Under the pieces are notes generated by a model. That model saw only the letters and a list, made by a program, of their open reading frames with translations, had not been told where the DNA came from and did no database searches. A stretch of 64,000 bases of DNA from a virus (lineage: Duplodnaviria; Heunggongvirae; Uroviricota; Caudoviricetes): the IMG/VR virus record IMGVR_UViG_3300012943_000028, positions 96,001-160,000 of that record, one strand, 5' to 3'. The stretch's first letter is position 1, and the number at the start of each line of letters is the position of its first letter. Position numbers and translations under genes: made by a program. Below, one piece after another: positions 23,365 through 33,478 of the stretch.

Positions 23365-24033
23365 ATGAGCTCAACCCCAAAATCGAAAGCTGAACCTAAA
23401 AAGGAACTTCCTCCTGTAGGTTCAAAGAAGGTTGCCGTCGTCATTGGACGCTTCAACCCTCCAACGAAGGGTCACTATGCTGTGGTCGATCAGGTCAAGA
23501 AGTTCATTCGAAAGAATCCAGCGCTTGGTCTGGAGGCTGCTCCTGCGGTTGTCATCATTGGTGGTAGCAAGTCGGACGCTGACAAACAGCGTAATCCTCT
23601 TTCGGCCCATGATCGTCAGATATTTATGAAGGCCTCCGGCCTGGCAAATGGGGTTAACTTTTCAACCGCACCTAACGCCTTTGCTGCATTTGCGCAGCTG
23701 CGCGAGGCAGGTTATGAGCCGATTGCAGTCGCCGCCGGCGAGGACCGTGCTGAGGACTACCTTCGCATCCTCAACGGTTACTTCAAGGACGGCGAGAAGC
23801 CGATCAAGCACTACAAGATCACGCTAGCCCGCACAGGTGAAGATGGTGATGGCGTGCTGAAGAAGATGAAGAAGAGCGGTGACGTCGATGTCAGCGCCGT
23901 ATCTGGATCAATTGCACGCCGTGCTGTTGAGCTTGGCTATCTGCCTGAGTTCACGAAGATCGTCGGGCTTGAGCACAAGCCGGCCCTCGCAAAGAAGCTG
24001 TTCGACAAGATCGCAGCTGCCATCAAGGAGTAA
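23365..24033 (+). CDS. cytidylyltransferase-like (HIGH-motif) nucleotidyltransferase
   Basis: GRFNPPTKGH, NPLS, AGEDR and VSGSIAR. Confidence 0.8.
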   Translation: MSSTPKSKAEPKKELPPVGSKKVAVVIGRFNPPTKGHYAVVDQVKKFIRKNPALGLEAAPAVVIIGGSKSDADKQRNPLSAHDRQIFMKASGLANGVNFSTAPNAFAAFAQLREAGYEPIAVAAGEDRAEDYLRILNGYFKDGEKPIKHYKITLARTGEDGDGVLKKMKKSGDVDVSAVSGSIARRAVELGYLPEFTKIVGLEHKPALAKKLFDKIAAAIKE

Positions 24034-24036
24034 GCT

Positions 24037-25179
24037 GTGGGCCCTGGATCAACATACGTTCCTAAGAAAGGCAACGCACCAGCTGGATCACCAGCAACGA
24101 CAGTTGACGTTCAGAACTCGCAGGCCACAACGAACTACACGATCCCAACTCAGGGTCAGCAGACGGTTGAGCTCGCCAACAAGGTGATCGCCCAAGGAAG
24201 TGCGGCTGGTCTCAAAGCGCTCACCAACAAGGTAGACGTCACCCAAGTAAATGGAAGAATGGTGGCAACTGCTGTTGGCAGCACGCCGCAGGGCATCGCC
24301 GCAGCCGCAAAGGTCGCAGACATTGGTGCAGCGCCAACGAACTCTACGCCAGCGTCGACGACACGCTTTGAGCCACATGACGACAACACGCAGATTTACA
24401 AAGTCACGCTCATCTCTCAGGTAGATGGTGAGATGATCACGTTCGAGGCAATGCCAGAAATTGGTGAAGCACAGTCAGCTCAGTACGATGAGTTCAACCC
24501 GCTCCAGCACCCTGGTTCAATCCTTAAGTACCGTGGCACTGGCAACCGTGAGTGGCAGGTAACAGTCAAGCTCGTTAGCCGCACTGCAAGTGAGGCCACG
24601 AAGAACCTCGACAAGGTAAACCTGCTTCGCTCATGGGTGATGCCGTACTACGGTCAGGGAACCGCAAACGATCCAGAGACGTCTCAGTACCTCGGCGCTC
24701 CGCCACCTGTACTGACGCTCAGCGGATATGGTCCTCACGTGATTGGTCCAGTGAAGGTAGTTCTTGCAAGCTACCAGTGGAACTGGCCTAACGACATCGA
24801 CTACATTCAAACGAACGACTCACCACCAGTTCCGTTTCCAGTGCTCGTCAACGTGACACTCACGCTAAAGGAAGCTTGGTCGCCGCGCGAGTTCAGCTCG
24901 TTCGACCTCAAGGCTTTCCGTCGTGGTGAGTTGCCAACTGCATACCAGTCAAGCACATCAAGCCCACAGAACAGTAAGACAGCACCAAGCGCAACGTCAG
25001 GCAACGCTTCGGCAATCGATCCATCAGAGGTGGCAGCAACAACACAAGAGCAGCGAGTGGCAGCAAGCAATGCCGCAAACACGGTGGCAAGTGGCAACAT
25101 CTCAACGGCTCAGAAGAGCGTTGTTCAGAAGGGCAGCGCTGCCATCTCCAACACCGTAAAGAACTTGGGTGGAGGCTGA
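24037..25179 (+). CDS. baseplate tail-tube initiator/cap-like protein (gp48/gp54-like)
   Basis: LRSWVMPYYG and LGAPPPVLTLSGYG, typical of tube-like initiators; first gene in baseplate synteny. Confidence 0.65.
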   Translation: MGPGSTYVPKKGNAPAGSPATTVDVQNSQATTNYTIPTQGQQTVELANKVIAQGSAAGLKALTNKVDVTQVNGRMVATAVGSTPQGIAAAAKVADIGAAPTNSTPASTTRFEPHDDNTQIYKVTLISQVDGEMITFEAMPEIGEAQSAQYDEFNPLQHPGSILKYRGTGNREWQVTVKLVSRTASEATKNLDKVNLLRSWVMPYYGQGTANDPETSQYLGAPPPVLTLSGYGPHVIGPVKVVLASYQWNWPNDIDYIQTNDSPPVPFPVLVNVTLTLKEAWSPREFSSFDLKAFRRGELPTAYQSSTSSPQNSKTAPSATSGNASAIDPSEVAATTQEQRVAASNAANTVASGNISTAQKSVVQKGSAAISNTVKNLGGG

Positions 25180-25180
25180 T

Positions 25181-25591
25181 ATGGCAAACACCGTCAAAAC
25201 TAAGACGCCGACGTCTAACAACAACACGAACAGCCTCTACAACCGCTACTCTCGCTATGTGGCTGGTGGTGTGACTGAGCGTGGTAATGACATGCTTGAG
25301 TGGTGGGAGCGCAGCAATTTTCCGCGTGATGATTCTGACATCGTCTACGCTGTAGAGAACTTCTATGAGCAGCGCCTCGACCTCATTGCCTCAGTGTTTT
25401 ACCAGGAACCACGCTACTGGTGGTTCCTCGCTCAGTACAACAACATCCTCGATCCATTCACCGAGATCGTGGCAGGTCGCCTCCTTCTTATCCCAACGCA
25501 GGAGCGCCTAACGCTGTTGCTTGGAACGAAGAAGGGCGGTGAGGACTCAACGCGCGAGGCAGTGACGGTCATTGCTCCAATCATCACATGA
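25181..25591 (+). CDS. baseplate wedge LysM-like protein, gp53-like
   Basis: RLDLIASVFY...YWWFLAQYNNILDPF; SD GGAGG before ATG 25181. Confidence 0.8.
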   Translation: MANTVKTKTPTSNNNTNSLYNRYSRYVAGGVTERGNDMLEWWERSNFPRDDSDIVYAVENFYEQRLDLIASVFYQEPRYWWFLAQYNNILDPFTEIVAGRLLLIPTQERLTLLLGTKKGGEDSTREAVTVIAPIIT

Positions 25592-27804
25592 CGACAATTA
25601 ACCAATCACAACTCCTAAACGAATACAAGAACCCCCTAGACGCATATCGTTCCTACTCTTACCAGTTCCTTCTTACTCTCTCATCGACAACTCAGTCGCT
25701 TAGAGAGATGATCGGCAACTACAAGGGTGGGCGTGGGGGTCCGGTTACCAGTGCCTCTCCCTTGCTGGCAGCCTCAAAGACGGTGAAGCGTCCTGGCGAT
25801 GCGTTCACCGTCAATGGCCAGACCGCCTACCTTCTCGTAGACACGCGCCGCTTCTCACAGTACTCCATCACGAAGCTGGACATGGAGCACGTGTATGGGT
25901 CAGGCTCTTCGAACAACCCTACGGTTCCAGTCAGCGCAACTCACATGCAGCTGATCGACACGACTGGCATGTCGTTCTTCAACCTGTTGATGGAGACGTT
26001 CCGCAACAAGCTGCAGACCACGCGCTCATCGGCGTTCTTCCTTCTGACCATCATCTTCACTGGCCACAAGGACGATGGCACAACTGAGACCATCTCTACG
26101 TGCTTCATTCCAATGATGCTGCTGACCATGGGGTTCAAGCTTGACCATCGTGGTACCACGTTTGAGATTGACTTCATGGAAACTGAGAGCGCTCCTCAGC
26201 GTGGTGGCGCAATGGAGATCATGAACAGCCTGGGCAAGGTGACATCGATCTCTTCAAAGGGAAGTTCATCGACAGTTGGTGGATTGGTGTCGGCGCTTGA
26301 AAGGCGCCTCAACGTTCAGTCGATGACGTTCTTCAAGAAGTACACAAACTCTGCGCTGCAGACCAACGCCAACGCAAAGGCTGGAAAGCTGGTGCAGTAC
26401 ATGATCACAGTGCCTAGCACGTGGGAAAAATTCCCAATTACCACGGCCGCCCGTTCAAAGAACAAGGAACAGATTTTCCTTGCGGCTGAACAGGCTGGTG
26501 CCACAAGGGATGCAGCAGCCGCCGCCTTCGATTCTGTTAAGCTGAAGGACGAAGGCGAGTACACGCAGATGTCGTTCTCACAGACCGTCACCATCACAGA
26601 TGCGATCAAGTCAATCCTTGAAAGCTCAACAGAATTCCTCGCTCTTGCCAGCGAGGATAAGGTAAAGGCTGGCACGGCACAAACGTTCAAGACGTCTGTC
26701 AATGTCACGTGCGATGACAACTCATACGTCGTACACTTCGACGTCTTCCCTTACTATCTACCAAAGGTCAACACCGATAAGGGAAACGAAACTGCAAACA
26801 CCTCGGCGGTTTCTGCTGGTGGTAAGACCGTCATTGGTCCATCTACCGAGATCAGAAACCTGATGACGTACAACTACATCTTCACAGGCAAGAATAGCCA
26901 CATCAAGGACTTGACGATCGAGTACCTACCAGAAAGCGCTGTTGCCCTTGACACAAACCTAGACCTCGGTCAGTCACGCTTCAAGACGGTAAGCGGGCAG
27001 GGGCAGAAGGCTGTCAGCGTTGACAAGGCATCTGAGAGCGCAGTGAAGAAGACGACAAGCTTCGTTCCAGACCTACGTGGTAGCGATCCAATCTTCTTTG
27101 CTATCCAGTCGCAAGACCAGCAGAACAACGTAGCAGCACAGAAGAACGAGCGCATGACCAGTGATGAAGCGCGTGATGCGTTCAAGAAGAAGCAGGAATA
27201 CACTAACACGATGGCGTACGTCCACTTCATCAGCTCTATCGAGCTCGACATGACAATTCGTGGCAACCCGAACATCATCAAGAAATTTGCCGACCGCAAC
27301 GAGCGTGGTGGTGTGGGGCCGCATAGCTCGATCATTGACGCAACTGGTATTTCCAGAATCAACGCAGCAACTGGCGAGCCAGATGACATCTACAACAGCG
27401 TTCTAGCTCAAAAGATTTCTACAGCAAAGAGCCTCTACTACTCGGAATACGTGCAGCCTCGTATTGCAGGCGTCACGAAGGCCGGGCCACCTGGTTCAGA
27501 TCAGTTCATGACCGGCCCTGACGTTTCAGTTTCGCCGGTGTTCTGCAAGATCAACATCCTCGCTCCTAACGTCGACAGCATGGGCGACTACCTGCGTGAT
27601 CTATCAGATCCAAACCGCCCAGATAAGCCTCCGTACTTTACCGACGAGTTCTTCTTCAATGGCCCTTACATGGTGCTGTTCGTCAAGACCACGTTTGAGG
27701 ATGGAGATTTTCAGCACACGCTCTCCATGATTCCATACATCGCCTCAGAGACGGTGACGAAGAAGGATGAGCCAACCAAATCAACAGCGACGAAGACAAA
27801 ATGA
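25588..27804 (+). CDS. baseplate hub protein, gp27-like
   Basis: Lies between the gp53-like and gp5-like genes; NPLDAYRSYSY, YNYIFTGKN, IRGNP and FEDGDFQHTL. Confidence 0.65.
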   Translation: MTTINQSQLLNEYKNPLDAYRSYSYQFLLTLSSTTQSLREMIGNYKGGRGGPVTSASPLLAASKTVKRPGDAFTVNGQTAYLLVDTRRFSQYSITKLDMEHVYGSGSSNNPTVPVSATHMQLIDTTGMSFFNLLMETFRNKLQTTRSSAFFLLTIIFTGHKDDGTTETISTCFIPMMLLTMGFKLDHRGTTFEIDFMETESAPQRGGAMEIMNSLGKVTSISSKGSSSTVGGLVSALERRLNVQSMTFFKKYTNSALQTNANAKAGKLVQYMITVPSTWEKFPITTAARSKNKEQIFLAAEQAGATRDAAAAAFDSVKLKDEGEYTQMSFSQTVTITDAIKSILESSTEFLALASEDKVKAGTAQTFKTSVNVTCDDNSYVVHFDVFPYYLPKVNTDKGNETANTSAVSAGGKTVIGPSTEIRNLMTYNYIFTGKNSHIKDLTIEYLPESAVALDTNLDLGQSRFKTVSGQGQKAVSVDKASESAVKKTTSFVPDLRGSDPIFFAIQSQDQQNNVAAQKNERMTSDEARDAFKKKQEYTNTMAYVHFISSIELDMTIRGNPNIIKKFADRNERGGVGPHSSIIDATGISRINAATGEPDDIYNSVLAQKISTAKSLYYSEYVQPRIAGVTKAGPPGSDQFMTGPDVSVSPVFCKINILAPNVDSMGDYLRDLSDPNRPDKPPYFTDEFFFNGPYMVLFVKTTFEDGDFQHTLSMIPYIASETVTKKDEPTKSTATKTK

Positions 27805-29144
27805 GCCGCATCTACCGTAAGGATCAAACTCCAGCCGACTTCTTCCCTGACAACGTTCCATTCATCATGGAAGGTTCAGTGGTGTCTACTGCTGATCCTG
27901 ACCAGATGGGCCGTGTGCGTGCATGGGTTCCTGCCCTTGACGGTGAGAACTTCGACATCGACCAGATTCCATGGGCTGACTACGCATCGCCATTCATGGG
28001 CTTCACTGTTGACTACCCCGCTGGCGCAGGAACCGTAAAGAACAGCTCACATGCTGCATACGGTTTCTGGGCAATCCCAAAGGTTGGAGCAACCGTGCTC
28101 GTGTTCTGCATGAACGGCAACCCAGCATCTCGCTGCTACTTCGCTTCCACGGTACGCCTCCACCGCAACCGCTCACTGCCCGCTGGCCGCAACGCTGACG
28201 GTAGCAACAAGGCTGGTCCATGGGGCGATGCTGGCGATGGCAAGGGAAACTTGAACCCAATCCAGCCAGCGTATGACAACCTACGCCAGCAGTTCCAAAA
28301 CCAGCTCACAAAGTCTGAGGCCATCACTCGCGGCGCCTATGAACGCCAGGTGGCGCAGGCTAAGGATGACAAGGATGGCCTCGAAGGATACGCAGCAAAC
28401 CCTGCTGATCCTTCATACCTTGATCCACAGACGTACTGCCTTGTAACACCGGGTCGTCATGCGCTCATCCTTCAAGATGATCCACACCATGCCCGCCTCC
28501 GCCTTAAAACTGCTGAGGGTGCGCAGATCATTCTCGACGACGCCAACGAGCGCATCTACATCTCCACCCCAGCTGGCAACACCTGGTTTGAGATGGACAA
28601 GGATGGTCACGTCAACATCTATGGAGCGCAGTCGTACAGCGTCCGTGCTGGAAAGGACATCAACTTTTTCGCTGACGGCAACATCAACCTTGAGGCTGGT
28701 AAGGGCATCAACATGAAGGCTGACACAGCCGACATTCGCATGACCACACAGACTAAATTCCAAGTGAAGGCCAACGACAGCATCGTCATGTCAGCGTGTG
28801 GTATCTTTGACATCGACTCTGAGAAGGCGCTAAAGATCACCGCTGCCCAGTCAATTGATGTCAATGCTGGACAGGGCCTCAACGCCACGGCATCGAGCAG
28901 CATGAACCTCAAGGCTGGCGATTCTCTCAATGCGCAGGGCGGTAAGATGAACTTGAACGGCGGTAGCGCTCTCACTGCATCTGCTGGCAAGATCAACCTC
29001 AACAGCGGTTCGGCTGGTAATGCTCAGGTTGCAGCTAAGGCATCGTGCGCTGAGGTGGCCGAAGGCCCAGCAATCGTCCCTGGTCATGAGCCTTGGACTC
29101 GTCCAGAGTCTGAGGAAGAGCGTGGTCCGTTCTGGAAAGCCTAA
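27801..29144 (+). CDS. baseplate central spike, gp5/VgrG-like (OB fold plus beta-helix), no lysozyme domain
   Basis: DPDQMGRVRAWVP, IPWA, PKVGATVLV, C-terminal ~8-residue beta-helix repeats and VPGHEPW. Confidence 0.85.
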   Translation: MSRIYRKDQTPADFFPDNVPFIMEGSVVSTADPDQMGRVRAWVPALDGENFDIDQIPWADYASPFMGFTVDYPAGAGTVKNSSHAAYGFWAIPKVGATVLVFCMNGNPASRCYFASTVRLHRNRSLPAGRNADGSNKAGPWGDAGDGKGNLNPIQPAYDNLRQQFQNQLTKSEAITRGAYERQVAQAKDDKDGLEGYAANPADPSYLDPQTYCLVTPGRHALILQDDPHHARLRLKTAEGAQIILDDANERIYISTPAGNTWFEMDKDGHVNIYGAQSYSVRAGKDINFFADGNINLEAGKGINMKADTADIRMTTQTKFQVKANDSIVMSACGIFDIDSEKALKITAAQSIDVNAGQGLNATASSSMNLKAGDSLNAQGGKMNLNGGSALTASAGKINLNSGSAGNAQVAAKASCAEVAEGPAIVPGHEPWTRPESEEERGPFWKA

Positions 29145-29166
29145 CCTGGAAGGCCTATCAGTTCGA

Positions 29167-29172
29167 TAAATA
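29167..29172 (+). promoter_or_regulatory. late promoter core TAAATA
   Basis: Intergenic before the gp25-like gene, within the TTCGAT/ATCGAA inverted repeat. Confidence 0.65.
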
Positions 29173-29196
29173 TCGAATCAACGGCGTGGTGAAGGC

Positions 29197-29568
29197 ATGA
29201 GCAAGGTCATCTACAAGGGGTTCTCAACGGCCAACTGGCTGAAGAACAAGACGTTTGCCCTCAACAATATAGACCTGGTGAAGCAGGATTTGCTGACCCA
29301 CATCTATACGATCAAGGGCGAGCGTGTTATGATGCCAAACTTTGGCACCAGAATCCCTGTGCTCACGTTTGAACCGAATGACGAGAAGACAAGGAAGATC
29401 ATTGAGGATGACCTAACTGAGGTGTTCAAGTACGACCCTCGAGTAAGGCTTCTGTCGCTTAGCGTGCTGACACTTCCCGACAACAATGCCATTCTTGCGC
29501 TTGCCGATCTGCTGTACGTTGAGTTCAACGTAACAGACGTTCTTAGAATAGAGGTTACATCGCAGTGA
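29197..29568 (+). CDS. gp25: baseplate wedge / sheath initiator, gp25-like
   Basis: LVKQDLL, KGERVMMPNFGT, FEP and YDPRV. Confidence 0.92.
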   Translation: MSKVIYKGFSTANWLKNKTFALNNIDLVKQDLLTHIYTIKGERVMMPNFGTRIPVLTFEPNDEKTRKIIEDDLTEVFKYDPRVRLLSLSVLTLPDNNAILALADLLYVEFNVTDVLRIEVTSQ

Positions 29569-32500
29569 CGATCATCAACACGTACGCCGCAGAATCATGG
29601 GACAAGGTGTATTCTGCCTTCCAGCAGATCAACTTCACCTCCTATGACTACGACACCGTCAAGGAATCCCTGCTTCAGTACCTTCAGATTTACCACCCTG
29701 AAGACTTCAATGACTTCATTGAGTCGTCAGAGCTCGTTGCTCTGCTCGAGTTGTTCGCCTACGCCGCTGAGCTCATGGCCTACCGCACCGACATGGCGGC
29801 CCATGAAAACTTCATCACGACAGCACAGCGCAAGCAGTCAGTCCTCCGCCTCGCAAAGCTGATCTCTTACTCCGCCTCACGCAACATTCCAGCACGCGGC
29901 CTCGTCAAGATCAACACAGTTCGTACCAATGAGACCGTGTTTGACTCTCTCGGCAACAACCTTGCCAACGTCACCATCACCTGGAACGACCCGAACAACA
30001 CCAACTGGAAAGAACAGTTCTTCCTAGTTATGAACCTCGTGCTGACCTCACGTTTTGGTCAGCCATCGAAGTCATTCCAGATTGCTGACGTGCTGATGCA
30101 GCTCTATACGTTCAACAACTCTCAGGACGCCTTCCGCAACGGCGTGTACTCGTTCAACGCAACTGGCACAACTGACACCCTCCCAATGGAGGTCGTTCCA
30201 ATCGACATCGATTCGAACGGTCCGTTCGAACGTGCACCAGACATCAACGCACAGCTCAACATCGTCTATGCTTCTGACGGTCGTGGCGATGGTTCTGACT
30301 ACACCGGCTTCCTCATGTTCATCAAGCAGGGCAACCTCGTTCTGACGAACTACACGATCACTGAGCCAACTGCAAATCGCCGCCTCGTGCTGAACCAGAC
30401 GAACGTCAACGACACTGACGTTTGGGTCTATGGCGTTGACGACCTTGGCACCATCACTGAGAAGTGGGTTGCCGTCGACTCAATTGCCGATCAAACGCTA
30501 GCGTTCAACAACCAGCAGGGTCGCAAGAAGTACGAGGTCGAGACCCTCGAGAACGACCAAATCGCGCTCCTCTTCGGTGACGGCAACTTCAGCGACGTTC
30601 CAGTTGGAAACTTCCAGCTGTGGACGCGTACGTCAACGAACCAGGACATCACGATCCCAAAGAACCGCATCGCCGGCGAGGCAATGTCGTTCAGCTACCA
30701 GAACGCTCAGAACGTTCAGCAGAATTTCAACCTTTCGTTCTCGCTCACGACAGCCCTGCAGAACAACTCTGCCTCTGAGACGATCGAGCACGTTCGTCAG
30801 TCCGCTCCTTCTACCTACTATGCGCAGAACCGCATGGTCAACGGCCAGGACTACAACACGTTCATGCTCAAGGACTCAACGATCCTCAAGCTGAACACGA
30901 TCAACCGTACGTTCGCTGGTCAGCCAAAGTACATCGAGTGGAACGACGCATCAGGCGCCTACCAGAACATCAAGCTCTTCGGCGACGACCTCAACATGAA
31001 GCTCGTCACCACCGTCAACCTTGTGCAGACGACTGCTGGTTCCAAGGGCATCATCGACAGCTTCATTGAGCCAGTGCTCTCATCGAACGCCATCCTCAAC
31101 GTGCTCACGCACATCATGGCAACGTCTGAATCTTCGGCCGGTATCATCAGCTACCCACGCCGCAAGTTCATTGAGGACAACCGCAAGATTTACTACGACG
31201 TCGATGGCAACTTCGTCACGCCATACGGCATCGACACGTCACCAGCTCCAGTGCAGGTGGGTGACGGTAGCCTCCTTGAGAAGACCGCCATGCAGGGTGC
31301 TCTCGACTCTCACTGGTATGGTGAGCCGCTCTCAACTGTCACGATCAACAGCACGCTGCACGGTGTGATCCCTGACCCGATCCTGAACCCAAAGAGCAAC
31401 AGCAAGCTCTACATCGCAGACCTTCCACGCACGATTGACGGTGTCAACACCTACCCACCAGGTGATACCGGCTCTGGCCTTCAGCCAATCCCACGTCAGA
31501 CGTACTTTGGCCTGCAGTTCAACCGCTTCCTCTCGGCATTCGGTAATGGCACCATCACGCTCGCAAACCCAACGATCTCAGGCCCAGCAACTGGTTCTCC
31601 AGCCGTCGCCAATGGTCTTGACTCAACCAAGTTTGTGATCTACAACGACGTTCTCGCGCGCAACCAGACGATCTCAAAGATTGAGACGCTCACTATTGAG
31701 ATGACGTCAGACGGTACCACGTTCACCGTCACTAGCAACCTTCGTGGTCGCCTACCAGATTACAGCCTCACGCTCGCTGTGACCACAGCTAACGGCCGTT
31801 GGTCAGAGCAGACCGACGTTGAGCTTCCAACAGACTTCGCCATCGCAACTGGCTCGACTCCATTTGAGGCCGGCGATGCCTTCGTCGTTGACATTGAGTT
31901 CTTTGATGATGCATTCCCGCTGAACGACCCACCAATCCCAACATCAGACTGGTACGCAATTACCCGTACGTTTGGTGTAGGTAACGTTCCACGCGTTAAC
32001 CTTACGGGCTGGTGGCAGATCATTCCTTCAGATGTCGTGTACGCGCATGGCATCTTCAACGGTGGTGTGAACGATGGTCCTAACGCCGTTCAACAGCTAC
32101 AGTTCGATCAAGCCGACAACGGTGGAGCATGGGTGTTCCTCATCTCACGCGTTGACGACGGTTTCGGAAACGTTGCAAGCTGGAATATCTACAACCGTGA
32201 TATGCGCGTGATTGCATCCAGCCCTACCACAAAGTTCTGGTACAACACCGACGCGCAGCTTATCGATCCAGAAACGCTGAAGCCGCTGTACGACAAGATT
32301 CGCATCCTCCGTTCGAACCTCGACGAGAATGGCCAGCCACTCAAGAAGGCAGACATCTACGACTGCGTCGGCTTCGTGTACGATGAGAACGGTGAGGTCA
32401 TCACTAACGAGCTTGAGATCATCCCGACTGACACTGTGAACTTCACGCAGGCCGGTGATGGCACTCCAGACAACATTCTTCAGTTCGAGTCATTTGCGCG

Positions 32501-33413
32501 CAACGCCTTCCAGTACACGCTCATCAACGTAACCGACCCTGACAATCCTACGGTTGATACCGTGGTTGAGTGCGGCGACATCCAGGCAGACAACGGCTAC
32601 GACCTCTTCCCATACGATACGTCGGCATACGACTCATCGGCAGTTGAGATCACTGGCTTCTCTGGTGCATTCAACTTCGAGGCAGGCAACTTTGTCTCGA
32701 GCAACGTTGTTGACAACCGCCAGCTCGTGCGCCAGCTCTACGTTCCAGCTCCATCAACAACACTCCCAGATGGTGACTATGGCTGCAACATCACTGAAGG
32801 CCTTGACTTCATGTGGCAGCACTACACGCCAGACTCGAACCTCATCGATCCATCAGTGACGAACATCCATGACACGTTCATCCTCACTAGCGGTTACTAC
32901 AACAGCGTGATGGACTACGTGAGGGGATTGACAAGCGTTTCACCAACGCCTCCAACCCCTCTCGACCTTCGCACGTCGTACGGCTACCTGCTTGAGAACA
33001 AGATGCTGTCAGACACCGTCGTTCTGCACCCAGGCAAGATCAAGCTGCTCTTCGGCTCGCTAGCCGATCAGACGCTGCGCGCCAAGTTCAGGGTCGTGCT
33101 TGCACCAACTGCAACGTTCTCAGCAGAGCGTGTTAAGCAGGAGGTCATCAATGTCATCAACCAGTACTTTGAGATTTCGAACTGGGATTTCGGCGATACC
33201 TTCTACGCAACTGAGCTGATCGCCCTGATTCACCAGGCCCTGCCAACGCAGATCGCCTCGGTAGTTATCGTTCCGACATACTCGGTCAACTCGTTCGGTT
33301 CGCTGTTCACGATCAACTCAGGTCTCGATGAGGTCCTGCAGTCGGCCGCCACGATCAGCGATGTCGAGATTGTCGCAGCCCTGACGTCAACAGTCCTCCG
33401 TCAGAACGTCTAA
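29565..33413 (+). CDS. gp6: baseplate wedge subunit, gp6-like
   Basis: FNDFIESSE, ENFITTAQRKQSVLRLAKLISY, FGDGNF, AQNRMVNGQDY and WDFGDTFY. Confidence 0.9.
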   Translation: MTIINTYAAESWDKVYSAFQQINFTSYDYDTVKESLLQYLQIYHPEDFNDFIESSELVALLELFAYAAELMAYRTDMAAHENFITTAQRKQSVLRLAKLISYSASRNIPARGLVKINTVRTNETVFDSLGNNLANVTITWNDPNNTNWKEQFFLVMNLVLTSRFGQPSKSFQIADVLMQLYTFNNSQDAFRNGVYSFNATGTTDTLPMEVVPIDIDSNGPFERAPDINAQLNIVYASDGRGDGSDYTGFLMFIKQGNLVLTNYTITEPTANRRLVLNQTNVNDTDVWVYGVDDLGTITEKWVAVDSIADQTLAFNNQQGRKKYEVETLENDQIALLFGDGNFSDVPVGNFQLWTRTSTNQDITIPKNRIAGEAMSFSYQNAQNVQQNFNLSFSLTTALQNNSASETIEHVRQSAPSTYYAQNRMVNGQDYNTFMLKDSTILKLNTINRTFAGQPKYIEWNDASGAYQNIKLFGDDLNMKLVTTVNLVQTTAGSKGIIDSFIEPVLSSNAILNVLTHIMATSESSAGIISYPRRKFIEDNRKIYYDVDGNFVTPYGIDTSPAPVQVGDGSLLEKTAMQGALDSHWYGEPLSTVTINSTLHGVIPDPILNPKSNSKLYIADLPRTIDGVNTYPPGDTGSGLQPIPRQTYFGLQFNRFLSAFGNGTITLANPTISGPATGSPAVANGLDSTKFVIYNDVLARNQTISKIETLTIEMTSDGTTFTVTSNLRGRLPDYSLTLAVTTANGRWSEQTDVELPTDFAIATGSTPFEAGDAFVVDIEFFDDAFPLNDPPIPTSDWYAITRTFGVGNVPRVNLTGWWQIIPSDVVYAHGIFNGGVNDGPNAVQQLQFDQADNGGAWVFLISRVDDGFGNVASWNIYNRDMRVIASSPTTKFWYNTDAQLIDPETLKPLYDKIRILRSNLDENGQPLKKADIYDCVGFVYDENGEVITNELEIIPTDTVNFTQAGDGTPDNILQFESFARNAFQYTLINVTDPDNPTVDTVVECGDIQADNGYDLFPYDTSAYDSSAVEITGFSGAFNFEAGNFVSSNVVDNRQLVRQLYVPAPSTTLPDGDYGCNITEGLDFMWQHYTPDSNLIDPSVTNIHDTFILTSGYYNSVMDYVRGLTSVSPTPPTPLDLRTSYGYLLENKMLSDTVVLHPGKIKLLFGSLADQTLRAKFRVVLAPTATFSAERVKQEVINVINQYFEISNWDFGDTFYATELIALIHQALPTQIASVVIVPTYSVNSFGSLFTINSGLDEVLQSAATISDVEIVAALTSTVLRQNV

Positions 33414-33444
33414 AAGTGTGATTTTCTACGAACCTGCTGTGGGA

Positions 33445-33450
33445 TAAATA
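33445..33450 (+). promoter_or_regulatory. late promoter core TAAATA in the loop of a 9-bp hairpin
   Basis: TGCTGTGGG-ATAAATAC-CCCACAGCA at 33435-33460. Confidence 0.7.
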
Positions 33451-33478
33451 CCCCACAGCAATCTAGTGCACGGCGATC

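Noticed and set aside
23231-23380. Longer N-termini given by the ORF track (22421..23380, 23323..24033; likewise 3209..4483, 51960..52610, 5568..5867)
   Set aside because: The extensions overlap promoters or neighbouring genes; downstream starts with SD sequences fit better.
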